64,000 nucleotides of DNA from Octopus bimaculoides (GCF_001194135.2 NC_068984.1:87691416-87755415), one strand, 5' to 3'. Counted from the stretch's first letter, positions 39,191-51,933 are shown. Notes: generated by a model not told the origin, from the sequence alone. A program made the numbers and translations.

Positions 39191-39795
39191 CAGCTACCCA
39201 TCTGATGCGATAACAACTATCCCATTTATACCAATATAGTTGGTGCTCTTGGTTTTGTTAGAAAATGCCTAAGAGACAGTTAGAAAAAGTTAGGGTTTTC
39301 AAAGAAAAAAAAAGTGAAACAACCAACGCGCACATTTACAAATACAATCTGTAAGCGTAACAGTAAAAATATGCAAAACTTTTCACAAGTTCAACATATA
39401 ACAATGATTTTGTTATCTTCATTCCAACGATGGAGCTTTGTATCTTTTGTCAGAGACCAACTTCTTCCCGATAGGAAGACTTCAAATAATTAAAAATAGA
39501 AGAGTGCATGCATCCATTCATGTATGCATGTAGCCAGCTCTTATACTCAGGCTAAAGATTTTCTTTTGTACCTATTATCACTGTATAACAAAATCTTATA
39601 CTAATTCTGCTTGTCATTCCGTTACTTGGCTCGTTGGTAACGCTTTCACGTGATTAGAGAAGGAAAGGGAGAACGAACAGAGGGAGACATAAAAAGACGG
39701 AGAGTGAAGCGTCCATGACGTGAGGGAGAGGGAAAGTAATTGTATTGAGTAATCATGGATAAATTACTTCATTAATTTATGATGATGATGATGAT

Positions 39796-39995
39796 TGTTA
39801 TAAACCCAAACTCGAATATCAAAATTTAAAAGGTTTTAATCGACTAAAAATACAGCAATATACAATACAAAGATTGCTAAATTGTAAGCAAAACCAAACT
39901 TCAACGCAATAACATTTTTATGCAGCGAGTTACTACATTCTCGACTAACTGAAACCAACACTGAACACGTCATTCCGCAGACAGAACAGATGATA

Positions 39996-40030
<35 letters not shown>

Positions 40031-42592
40031 AATGATGATAAAGTATTCACATTGAGTGTCAATAGCGTTCTTTAATTTTGAACCATTTCTGAATTCTGTC
40101 ACCTCTTTGTCAATGCAGGGATAACGACGCTCATTTGGGTTGAGGGTTCTTGTAAAAATGCAACTGGCTTTTCGTTTTGGTGTAAAATGCCAGATATAGC
40201 TACCTCCGATGCGTCTGTTTCTATTGAGAAAGGAAGGCTTTCATCAATCACTTTTAAGGTAGCGTTTGCTAAATCATCTCGTAAAGTTTTTAAACTTGAC
40301 AAGGCTAGTTCACTCAAAGAAAAATATTTAGTATCAACCAACGGTTTTATCTTGTCAGAGAATTTTGGAATCCATTTAGAATAATACGCAAATAGACCAA
40401 TAATTCGACTCAATACTTTGTGGGTACTAGGAATAGGTAGTTCTAGTAAGGGTTTTACCCGGTCAGGGTCAGGTTTCAAGTTACCATTTTGAATTTTATA
40501 GCCAAGCAATCGAATCAGTGTAGTGCTGTAAATGCATTTGGTACCATTAAAAGTTAAATTACAGTCCTTAGCAACTTGAAGAAAATGTTTTAAATTTCGA
40601 TCATGTTCTTCCTTCGATTTACTACACACAGTTATATGGCTACAATTATGGTTTTCGATTATATTATCGATCATTCTCTGGAAACAGGGTACTGCATTTG
40701 TAAGTCCGAAAGCAATACGTTTACTTTGATATAATTTTCCCTGCGCTTCGAAAGCCGTGTAAGGTCGATCTTCAACTGGAATCTCAACTTGATGTGCTAA
40801 AATAATTTGAGATCCAGTGTGCTAAAATAATTAAATTGAGCTATTTTTGTGACCACGTCATGTATATTTGGCAGTGGATATCCATTTAATTGCGTAAACT
40901 TATTTATAGTCTCACTATAATCAATACACAGTCTCTTGCGATAATTTTCTCCTGATATTACCAATACCTGGGCTCGCCAGGGAGAAACATTGGGCTCGAT
41001 TGCCCCTTCTGCCAGATCTCGGCTTATAGTATCAGCAATAAATTTTTCATTATTGGCTGACTGTCTTCTCGATTCCGTAACTATGGGTTTACAGTCAGAG
41101 TTTAAATTTTCAAACAACCCCGGTGTAATGTCACTTTTAATGCACTTTAGAGATCCTAAATGTAACGGGGGCTTATCGCCGTCAAAAGTAATTTGTATAT
41201 GTTTTAAGAAATTTTGTCCTAAAATTATATCTAGAAACAAATTATCAAGTACCACCAGCTTTACTTGCTCGTAAATTCTTCCTTGAAGTTCAATTGAACT
41301 CATACAATAACCGTCGCTTTGGGAACGATTTCCAATGACAGCCATGTTAATTTCATTCCTTCACCACCAATTTGCTTTTCTTTGCAAAGTCTCTGCTAAT
41401 ATGATTCATAGTAGAGCCGGTATCAATCAAAGCAAATGATTTCACGCCGTCGACTGTTATTGTATAATTAACTTTAGTAGTAGCTCCACCTTGACATAAA
41501 GCCGCGGCGAAGTTGCCATCATCTGGAGCTGCTGATGTCTTATCAAAATTTTTACGGTTACTTGATCGGCATTCTTTAGCAAAATGACCAAAATATCCAC
41601 ATTTGTAACACTTGCTCCGCCTAGCAGGACATTTAAACCTCAGATGAAAATCATTAGATCCGCAAAAGGTGCAGGATTTTTGAGTTCGTTTTGTCGCTGC
41701 ACAAACTGTGTTTCCGTCAGGAATTGAGATTTTGTCTTCTTTACGTGGAATAAACGTTGACAAACAGCTTCCTCGACTGTTTATAGCAGACTGACTGCAA
41801 TTATACACTTCGGAATTCCTTTGAGCAACTTCCAGCGTGCGGGCTTAGTTAAATGTCCCTTCTAAAGTTATCGTCGCATCTTGAATACTTTCTAAAAGTC
41901 TAAGGTAAGTTGAAGATGACGTTAATCCCGAGATAAATGCGTCACGAACAGCTTCATTTTTGTGAGTCTCAGCATCCACTGCTCTGTACCCACAATCTTT
42001 AGCTAGTTTCAATTTCTGTAAATAGTCGTCAACTGATTGACCTGGTTCTTGTTTACATGTCATTAAAAGGTGTCTCGCAAAAATAATGTTCAAGGGTTTC
42101 ACGTACAGTCTCTCCAGAGTTCGAATTGCTTCTGCGTAATTCTCACCATTCACTTATGAGTTCATAAACGTCTTTATCTATGTGCGCTTTTAAACATCTA
42201 AGCTTGCTTTCATCCGTGATAGGCGGTTCAGCAGAAAATGATTCTAAAAATTTTTTTAAAGTTCTGAACCAATATTTCCATTCTTTTGAAGCTTGACTCG
42301 AACTTGGATCAGCGGTGAACAAATTAGGTTTTATAAATTTGCTGTCCGTTCTCTCTCTCTCTCTAGCTATAATTAGTCGATTGAATTGTTATAAACCCAA
42401 ACTCGAATATCAAAGTTTAAAAGGTTCTAATCGACTAAAAAATACAGCAATATACAATACAAAAATTGCTAAATTGTAAGCAAAACCAAACTTCAACGCA
42501 ATAACACTTTTATGCAGCGAGTTACTACATTCTCGACTAGCTAAAACCAACACTGAACACGTCATTCCGCAAACAGAACAGAACTCCGCGCA
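39796..42592 (-). mobile_element. Ty3/Gypsy (Mag-like) LTR retrotransposon, decayed, lacking integrase
   Basis: LTRs 42387-42592 (TG..CA) and 39796-39990; ATGAT on both flanks; gag with CTFCG..H..KC and CYKCGYFGHFAKEC knuckles, protease LIDTGS, RT SPWRAQVLV..LCIDYS..YPLP..STLDLK, RNase H start ETDASEVAISGIL; YxDD segment deleted. Confidence 0.95.
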
Positions 42593-44323
42593 ATGATGAC
42601 AATGATGATTATGATGATGATGATGATGACGATGATGATGATGATGATAATGATGATAAAGTATTCACATTGAGTGTCAATAGCGTTCTTTAATTTTGAA
42701 CCATTTCTGAATTCTGTAAATATATTAATATTTTGTCGAAGATTTAGGAAATAAGTCATCTCGTCTTCTCTTTGGGAATTATATGTTATTAGGCTTAGAT
42801 TATAAAAGCAGTATTTGAGTCAATCCCAAAGATAACGATATTGCTCGATAGGGGTGTTAAATATAAAAGACGTTGTTGAACTTACTTCGTTGTCTGCCAT
42901 GTGTCGGAATTGCTTAGCAAACTCAAAAATGGGAAAATGTTTTTTGCATTCAGAGGTCTGTATTGTACTCCCTCTCTATTGTGTGTACGCTTAATACGCT
43001 TCCTCAGTCGACAAATGATGAGGAATCTTTCGCTCTTCTGTCGTGTCTTCTTAACAGAAATTTATGTATGCCGTGATTCAAGCTTAATTTTGAATTCATT
43101 ACCGAGCACTTGCAATGAAAAATGCTTCATTTAGATAAGTTAAGACAACTATTGAGAAGCACACATGTCTCACATCTACACATACATATATAGACACACG
43201 CATACAGAAGCACAGTTAATGTAATTTTGATCGCAACAGTTATACTTCCGTTTCACTTTTGAGGTGCTCACCATAACAATAGTTGGTGGAAGAGCTGGAC
43301 ATATGTTATCGTATTGCGGTGAGTAGGAAGGAGGAGAAGGAGGAGGAGGAGTATAAATGGTAAGCTCATTGTTTGTGTGGTTTACGTTTTTTAAAGCAAA
43401 TATCGCTCAAAGAAACAAGAAATTCTCTTGGCTGTTTGGGTTTTAGGGCAGTAGTATTATTCATCTTACGTTTGGTGTAAAACTTGACACTAAAAATATT
43501 TGCATTGTCGTTATCATTAAAAAATATTTCTGTGCTATTCCCCAAATATTTATCAACAATAAAAAATCGGAAACTAATTTGGAATATAATTTTACGTTTC
43601 AGAAAATATGTAGCATACTTTAATCTATCAGTTTTTGAAGTTCAATTTTAAATTTTAGCTTGTAATAAACCTCGTTTATTTAAATGTATTTTTAGTTTTA
43701 CTTCGAATACTTTATTTTCACTTTTAATTCTAATACTTCATATCAAGAGTTGAAGGTTTTCTGATTACCTTCCTTCTGGGATTTGTCATAAATATTTATT
43801 CATTTTTATCTTTTATTAATATTAATGCATATATTAGTTGTAAAAAAAATATTTTAAAGAGGTTATGTTTTATGAGAAGTTTAGTGTAATAGTTAATCAT
43901 ATATCATTCACTGACTGTTCACCACATGTGGCAGGTTTCATGTGTACATAATGATCACACTATCGTTAAATTTGCAAATGTATATCCAATGAATTATGGA
44001 ACAACGTTCGATGAACATAACAGTTAGGAATCTTTTTGCATATAATTTATTGGATAATATTATTAAAGTAGAGCAGAGCATTGTTGGATACTGCATGTTA
44101 AGGTCGGTGCCTTTTTTCGAGACATGTTATGTAAGAAAACTGAAAGAGGAGGAAAAGTGACGTAGATTCCCTTAGACGGCTTAGCGGATCACTGGCCTAT
44201 GGTTGAATTTGCCACTTTATTATTGCTGTAAGTCAGCTTCTAGAATCTTCGCTCGAACTGTTTGGATGGAAAACTTACTGCGTTACTTTGAGGCTTTGCT
44301 ATGTCAGTCATAATAAGTCTAAC

Positions 44324-45118
44324 ACCAAAGGAAATCTAACTCCTCCTCAGTTGTTGACTGTTTATTACTACCTGTTTCGAGCTTTCAACGACAAGACAGA
44401 AAACTTCATAAGATAGCAGCATCCAGAAAGTTTTAAAATATAAAATTTATGGAGAGTTAGGGCTTCGAACGCACAAACAACACGAGAGTGGGCGTACAGA
44501 GTAAACAATCGATGAAGATAGACATTAAGGGCCGAATTGCAATTGGTAACGCCTGGGAGAAATTTTGAAAGGATATAGAATAAATAGAAGAGACAAAAAA
44601 TAGAAGAAAAAATAGTAGGAGACGAAAAATAGTAGAAAAGAAAAAATATCAAGAGGCGAGAGAAATTACGTCCAGCTGGCTGGACGTCCTATCCCAAAAA
44701 AGACAGAAAGACGGGGGAAATGGCTTGTAGTCACGTGTGATCAACAGGCAGAGAGGAAGGGGGACAAGAGAGAGAAGAAGGGAAAGAAACGAAGGGAGTG
44801 AGGAGAAGGGAGAAGCAAAGAAAGATAGACAGGGACAGCAAAGAAGGAGGGGAGAAAAAGAAATATAGAGGATTATAGAGGAATAGAGCGAAAGAAAGAA
44901 AATAGGCAGAGAATAGTGTGGAATCGGAGAAATTATATATAAATGTAAAAATTTACTGACAGAGGCTGCGTGGCGTTCAGTTATAAATAACTAAAAACAC
45001 ACATTAAGTACAGGACATCACCAGCGAGTGAAAAATAGGTAAATACACAGAGATAAGTACAGGACAAAATACCAAAGGAAGTCTAATTCCTCCTCAGTTG
45101 TTGATTGTTTATTACTAC
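44324..45118 (-). mobile_element. Penelope-like non-autonomous unit with terminal direct repeats and a degenerate hammerhead
   Basis: 48-bp direct repeats at 44324-44371 and 45071-45118 (3 mismatches); hammerhead-like motif at 44364-44417. Confidence 0.65.
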
Positions 45119-45497
45119 ATACCTATATACATACATACCTACATACATACAAAAATCTGGAAAAATTAGGGTTCTCAAAACCTGAAAGAAAAAGGCTGAT
45201 TAGAAGACTACAGATTCAAGCCATCAATGGAACTGTAAAGATATGTAAAACTTTCCAAAAATTTAGCACATAAATACATATGCATGCATCTAGACATAAA
45301 AACGCATCCATAAAACAAACATACAAATCTGCGCATACACTAACACCAAATACTGCACGCACACACATATGCACAAATACCTAGATGATGTTGATAAAAG
45401 TTCCAATGAAGGAGCCTTGAATCTATGTTAGAGTCCGGCTCTTTCTCTATGGACAAGAAATACAGAAATGAAACTGATTGATATACATACATACATA

Positions 45498-45545
<48 letters not shown>

Positions 45546-45739
45546 AATAGCAATAAGAAAATGGAATAGAATATGCGGTATCCATCGACTTGCAGACAGT
45601 GTATTCCGTTGATTAATTTGTTTATTTTATAACTAAAATGACAAAAACTACAATATACAGATACTTATGACATACCATGTCATATTAACAATTAAGGTTA
45701 CAAATATAAAGTACATTTAGCAATATATATATAAATATA

Positions 45740-46613
45740 CAGGGTGTTTCAAAAAATTTGATATTTCGCAATCTAATGACTTTGCCAGTTCTTCTTCAAA
45801 TGACTTCAAATTTTAACAGCATGTGTAGAAACAGGTCAAAATTTTATGTTTAATGTTCGATATGTTTATCGTTTCAGGTATAGAAATGGCATTCATTGGA
45901 AGAGAAAAGGCGTTTTGTGTATTGGAGTATGCTCAAACACAGTCGATGTGCAGTGTACATTTGTGAGAAAGTTCTCTATAAAATCACCAACGGCAATGCA
46001 GATTTGGACATGGCACAAAAAATTCAAAGAGGAAGGCTATCTGTGCAGGGCAAAAGGATTTGGACAACTAGTAACATCGGAAGAGACGGTCGAGCGGGTT
46101 CGCCAAAAACTCTTGCGAAGCCCTAAGAATTCCATAAGAAGAACACGTCTGGAAACCCAGATTCCTCCAACGGCAGTTTGGCGCGTCCTGAGGAAACACT
46201 TGCTAATGAAACCTTACAAGCTGCACTTCGTTCAGGCCATAATGGCAGATGACAAGCGAATGCGCAAACATGGAGCTATGTGAAGGGTCAGGTCTATGTC
46301 CCCACCTCTTCCTGCAACCTAGAGGAACTCGAGCAGAGAATCACTACCGCATTGGAGACTGTTACTCAAGACATGCTGCAGCGTGTTTGAAAGGAGCTGG
46401 ACTACCGACTCGACGTGTGCCATGTCTCAGGCAGTGCGCATATTGAACATTTGTGAAATCGTTCATGGAATCCACATACCTTTGAATTTCTCATCCAAAT
46501 TTGGAGGAATAAATCTTATGTTGCTCAACATTAAGTCTGTTTAGTTTCATTTGCTTTGATTATGTGATTTCTATGATATTTACATCTCAAATGATATCAA
46601 ATGAAACCCCCTG
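45740..46613 (+). mobile_element. Tc1/mariner internal-deletion derivative
   Basis: TA|CAGGGTGTTTCA ... TGAAACCCCCTG|TA termini; N-terminal HTH region (MQIWTWHKKFKEEG..RVLRKHLLMKPYK) fused to the C-terminal WSYVKGQVY..LEELEQRI; DDE core absent. Confidence 0.85.
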
Positions 46614-46859
46614 TATATATATATATATATATATATATNNNNNNNNNNNNNNNNNNNNNNNNNNNNNNNNNNNNNNNNNNNNNNNNNNNNNNNNNNNNNN
46701 NNNNNNNNNNNNNNNNNNNNNNNNNNNNNNNNNNNNNNNNNNNNNNNNNNNNNNNNNNNNNNNNNNNNNNNNNNNNNNNNNNNNNNNNNNNNNNNNNNNN
46801 NNNNNNNNNNNNNNNNNNNNNNNNNNNNNNNNNNNNNNNNNNNNNNNNNNNNNNNNNNN

Positions 46860-46903
<44 letters not shown>

Positions 46904-47503
46904 AATGGAGTATGTACTTTAAAAGAATATGTGTAAAACAAGTTAAGCGAATCCTAATTTAAAGTAAAACATTTTACATTTTTCAGCTATATCTTATATT
47001 TTATATTTTTTTCATATTCAATATCTTATTTACAAATTTTAAATGTATATTCTTATCTATATATCTATATTATTCTTATCTCTACATCATTATATGTTAT
47101 TTTAGCAATTTCAAATATGATTCTGATAACGGGGTGTGTGCAGAATAATTTACACGAATAAGTTCTATCATTCGTGTTTTGTTAAATGCATATTCGTTTT
47201 TAGTTTTGAGATATGAATGAAAGAATATATTAAAACAAAAACATGTATTTAATGTACATAATGGTGTAATTGTGAAACTGTTATTAGAATAAGAAATGAG
47301 TAAAACTGTTTCTAATATTGAGTAATATTAGAACAAACATTTCAGTTTGTTCTTTTATAACTTTGTTTTTACATTACATATATTCTGTCTTTCTATTATT
47401 TCAGGTATTAGACTGCGGCCATTCTGGGACACCACTTAACGGGTTTCGTCGATTTTTTCGACTAATCCCTTCAAACACAAAGACACATACACATACATAC
47501 ATG

Positions 47504-48041
47504 CGCAGGCGTGGCTGTGTGGTAAGAAGCTTGATTTCCAACCACATAGTTTCGGGTTCAATCCCACTGCATGTCACCTTGGGCAAGTGTCTTCTACTAT
47601 AGCTTCGGATCGACCAAAGCATTTTGAGTGGATTTGCTAGACGGAAACTGAAAGAAACCATATATATATATATATATANNNNNNNNNNNNNNNNNNNNNN
47701 NNNNNNNNNNNNNNNNNNNNNNNNNNNNNNNNNNNNNNNNNNNNNNNNNNNNNNNNNNNNNNNNNNNNNNNNNNNNNNNNNNNNNNNNNNNATATATAAA
47801 GTAGTTGAATACTGTCAGCTTAACGTGACAGTCCCAATAAGGGAATATACTACTGATATTTAGCCCTAGGAAGCTGTACCGCTTCCTGTCGGCCTTGACA
47901 CATTTCCTGTGTCCTTATATTTGCGAGGGGGAGACAAACTCCTGCACCCAGCCCAGCCTGCATTCAGGAACATGTTTCTGAGTTTTTGCTCGTCATCAGC
48001 CTGAAGTAGCATGACTAGCTGGCTGAAGAAGTTTGTCAAGC

Positions 48042-48072
<31 letters not shown>

Positions 48073-48285
48073 AGTTTGTGTCTCTGTGTTTGTCCTCCCC
48101 ACCATCGCTTGGCAACCGATGTTGGTATGTTTAAGTCCCCGTAACTTAGCGGTTTGGCAAAAGAGAATGACAGAATAAGTACTAGGCTTACACAGAATAA
48201 GTCCTGGGGCTAATTTGTTCGACTAAAATCGGTGCTCCAGCACGGCCGCAGTCAAATGACTGAAACAAATGAAAGAATAAAAGAA
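47504..48285 (+). mobile_element. SINE family A split at its internal (TA)n by a hammerhead-bearing segment
   Basis: Head at 47504-47665 and 3' half at 48072-48285, with a gap and unrelated sequence between. Confidence 0.65.
47963..48005 (-). ncRNA. Minimal type I hammerhead ribozyme
   Basis: UUCAGG-CUGAUGA-CGAG(CAAAAA)CUCA-GAAA-CAUG-UU^CCUGAA; 6-bp helix I, palindromic ACAUGU helix III. Confidence 0.8.
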
Positions 48286-48879
48286 TATATATATATGTGG
48301 GGAGGGGGAACCTCGCATGATCCTACCTGAGATTCGAAACCGAATCTGTAAATTCTCCTTAGCCATTCGACCTATTGTTCTGTCAAGAAGGAACGCAGAT
48401 CTATGTGTTTTCCACTTGATTCTTAACCTTTTCTATGCCATTGAAAAGGTGAAATAGATAATGAGTGACCTACATTAATTTAACCATTGTTAGAACGGTA
48501 TATCCATTTTGCTAGCCAATCTGCACAATTATAAATACTAGAATTCCGTAATGAAAAATCAATGGGTGAGATCGACCAACAGAGAGCAGGCCGACAGGAC
48601 AGTTATGGAATCCATCAGCGATACAATTGTCTTGTCCACCACTCTCTTACCCTTCTTACTCACTTTCGTTTCAACAACACTCAAGCAATTTAGTTACTGC
48701 TGCTACAACGACAAGGAACATGGGTTCAACATATCTATTCTTTTACAAGAAAATATAACTCTCGTTACTTCATAGGCTTTCTTACTGGTTTTATACACGC
48801 CTGTCCGTCGTGATTTGGCTTAAATTATATGTAATAGTGAAATAAATATGCTATCTACAACTTCGCCCACTGTCTTTCT

Positions 48880-49500
48880 TTCCTGGAGTCAGCATCAACA
48901 TTATCAACCTATGCATTACCCGTTACATTCTGGTGACCCGACATGATAATACATTAGCCGCTACAATTGGTGACCCTGAGCTAAAGAATTGCTGCCTTCG
49001 CTTGAACACTCGTCTCATCCATCGAATACATTTGGTAACCCCGACTGCAAAGAATCACGTTTCGCTGCATCGCACGACTTCATGAAAACAATTACGGCCT
49101 TCACTAAATGCCCGTCACATCGAAGACAACAACTTTCACGACACACAGCTTTCGCTTCTGCTATTGTACAACACAAAGGAAAAGAACTCGCCGATACAAT
49201 GGAAATCCGCAACTTGCTTTCGACCTGCCAGAAAATGAACTACACTGCAATGCACTCCACTATGATGCACAGAGCAACCAAAGAACTCGCTGACCATGGA
49301 AACCCATAAACACAACATTTCGACAGCCATCTGTCCCCAAACTATCTGGATGAATATATGGAAGCCCGCACGCACACGAAACGTTTTCGGTAGACACTCT
49401 TTTCCACCATTGCAAGTCCAGCGTTACATTCACTGACATCATATCGTGGAACTTCTGTGGATAATGGACTTTTCATATTTTTGAACTTTTTAAAGACTGA
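48880..49500 (+). mobile_element. Possible Helitron 5' coding remnant
   Basis: RKRTRRYNGNPQLAFD..ALHYD loosely resembles RepHel N-termini and lies upstream of the PIF1 fragment on the same strand. Confidence 0.3.
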
Positions 49501-50214
49501 CATTGCATTTATGGATGTTTATCTACGCTTTTCAGGACCCTTTTTCTCCTTGTTCATATGTTTTGACCGTATTATATTTAGTTCGCAAGGATTTTTTTTT
49601 ACCAACGTTCATACATGTACATGCATGCTTACACTGTCTCATTCATGCGCCACAGCAGGACTCTCTCTCTCTTGTTTCTCATGCTCTCTGCCCCGTTATA
49701 GACACAGCTTGCCTCTACCCTTTGTCGGTTACGTATTTCATGGAGGTAATTGTTTGTCGTTTACAACGCGCCAGCATGCTACACTTTCGCTACCGCTCAT
49801 TTCAAGGCATTTAATACCTCATGCACCAGCTGACACTGCCTCAGCCAGTGGCATATGCAGCACTGCTTCAGTCACTGGCATATGCAACACTGTATTTGTA
49901 ACCACTGCACTAGCACACTGCCTCAGCCTTGCACCACATTCATCCACATTGACATGTTACACAATTATGAACGTTGATTTTTCACTTTGGCCCTGTAGCA
50001 TTTTTTCCATTTCTGCTTCATCAGTTTTTGACATGGATTCATTTGTTTGTGTATAACTGTATATACATTAAAAAAAAATTTCATTTGTACATGCAGCCGC
50101 ATAGGCCCTATTTTTCGTGAGAACTTTATCCCTCACCATTGTTTTCCTTTTCGTGTGTGTGCTTGCTCCACTTAGTCTATTTTGTTCTTCTAAAGTGTTT
50201 CCTTACGTGTGCAT

Positions 50215-50340
50215 GCGTTTGTGTCCTTGTTTGTGTGTGTGTGTTCGTGTATGTGCGTGTGTGAGTGCGTGTATGTGTGTTCGTGTGTGTGTGTCCGTGT
50301 ATGTGCGTGTGTGTGTATGTGTGTGTATACTTGTGTGTGT
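50215..50340. repeat. Degenerate (GT)n microsatellite
   Basis: Direct inspection. Confidence 0.9.
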
Positions 50341-50384
50341 CAGTTTTTAACAGCAGTGTGGCCTTTCCCTCAGCAGCCCCATTC

Positions 50385-50896
50385 TCTCACTTGACCCTGC
50401 AATGGAACAAGGCTGGTTGTTAAAACAGCCATTCCCCATGTGTTGGAAGCAACAATAATTACAGGCAACATGACGTGTGAGAATGTCTTCATTCCAAAGA
50501 TCCCTCTCATCTCAAATGATCCCCCCTTTCAGTTCAAGAGACTGTAGTTTCCTGTCAAACTGAGCTTTGTAATGTCTATCAGCAAAGCACAAGGTCAATC
50601 TCTAAAGGTGGTGGGACTTAACCTCCTTCAAACATGCTTCTCACATGGTCAGCTGTACGTCGGATGTTCCTGAGTTGGAGACGAAAAGAACGTCTACATT
50701 CTCAGTGGTAAACATGGCAAGACAGAAAACAGTATATGAAGAAGCACTTGCATGAATAGTATGTGCATGTAATGTACAGGAGTGTAAAACTATTGAGTGT
50801 TAACAGTATTATTTTCTGAGGAATACACTAATCTTACACTTCAAGCAAAAAGTACCGTGTTCAGGCTATAACCCGAGTGAAACCGGGTCCTTCTGC
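50385..50896 (+). mobile_element. Helitron 3' end (PIF1 helicase C-terminus plus terminal hairpin)
   Basis: CNGTRLVV, FQFKRL*FPVKLSF, KAQGQSLKVVGL..CFSHGQLYV; hairpin ACCCG/CGGGT at 50871-50888 with a degenerate CTRR end. Confidence 0.85.
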
Positions 50897-50907
50897 GTGC
50901 ATATATG

Positions 50908-50965
<58 letters not shown>

Positions 50966-50967
50966 AG

Positions 50968-51114
50968 ACTCGTGGTCATAGGATCGCGGTTTCGATTCCC
51001 AGACCGGGCGTTGTGAGTGTTTATTGAGCGAAAACACCTAAAGCTCCACGAGGCTCCGGCAGGGGATGGTGGCGAACTCTGCTGTACTCTTTCACCACAA
51101 CTTTCTCTCACTCT
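50968..51114 (+). mobile_element. SINE family B, partial, runs into a gap
   Basis: Homology to other copies. Confidence 0.85.
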
Positions 51115-51897
51115 NNNNNNNNNNNNNNNNNNNNNNNNNNNNNNNNNNNNNNNNNNNNNNNNNNNNNNNNNNNNNNNNNNNNNNNNNNNNNNNNNNNNNN
51201 NNNNNNNNNNNNNNNNNNNNNNNNNNNNNNNNNNNNNNNNNNNNNNNNNNNNNNNNNNNNNNNNNNNNNNNNNNNNNNNNNNNNNNNNNNNNNNNNNNNN
51301 NNNNNNNNNNNNNNNNNNNNNNNNNNNNNNNNNNNNNNNNNNNNNNNNNNNNNNNNNNNNNNNNNNNNNNNNNNNNNAATGGGAGCGGGTAAAAGTGGAG
51401 GTTTTACCCAGAATTTGTGTAACAATTAGAAAATGGAGGATAGTATGCTGAACCCAACTACTTGCAGACGGTGTATCCCGTTGAATTCATTAATTTAATT
51501 CATACCAAAAGTGACAAAAAAAGGAAGAAAAGAAAAGAAAGAAAGAACCAAAGCACAGGTGTCCATGGCAGACTATGTTATTTTGCCAACATGGTTTACA
51601 TATAGAAGTACAAAGTACATAAGGAATTAGAGGATTGCCTTCGAAACGCGGAGTAGATGGAGCAGGGACAACTGAAGAAGGGAAATATTCTTTATGTTGC
51701 ATGTCTCGTTTCTCTGTTTGTTCTTTTCGTTGTTCGAAAAAAGTTCGTTTTCCGCCTTCGTCTTTATGTTCTCGTTTCTCATTGTGTTTAACGTTTTTTG
51801 TGATGTCTTCTACCCATATATGCATGTATCCATACATATAGATGTAGGTATGTACATATATGTATGGATATATGCATATATTTATATCTTATTTATG

Positions 51898-51931
<34 letters not shown>

Positions 51932-51933
<2 letters not shown>

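Noticed and set aside
47850-47920. Possible HDV-like ribozyme next to the hammerhead (GGGCUAAA)
   Set aside because: The putative P1 strands are adjacent, leaving no room for P2 and P3.
48325-48348. CTGAGA..GAAAC with a 7-bp hairpin
   Set aside because: Core spacing is wrong; it is a simple hairpin.
49457-50056. 199-aa ORF
   Set aside because: Low-complexity, no motifs, spans a repeat mosaic.
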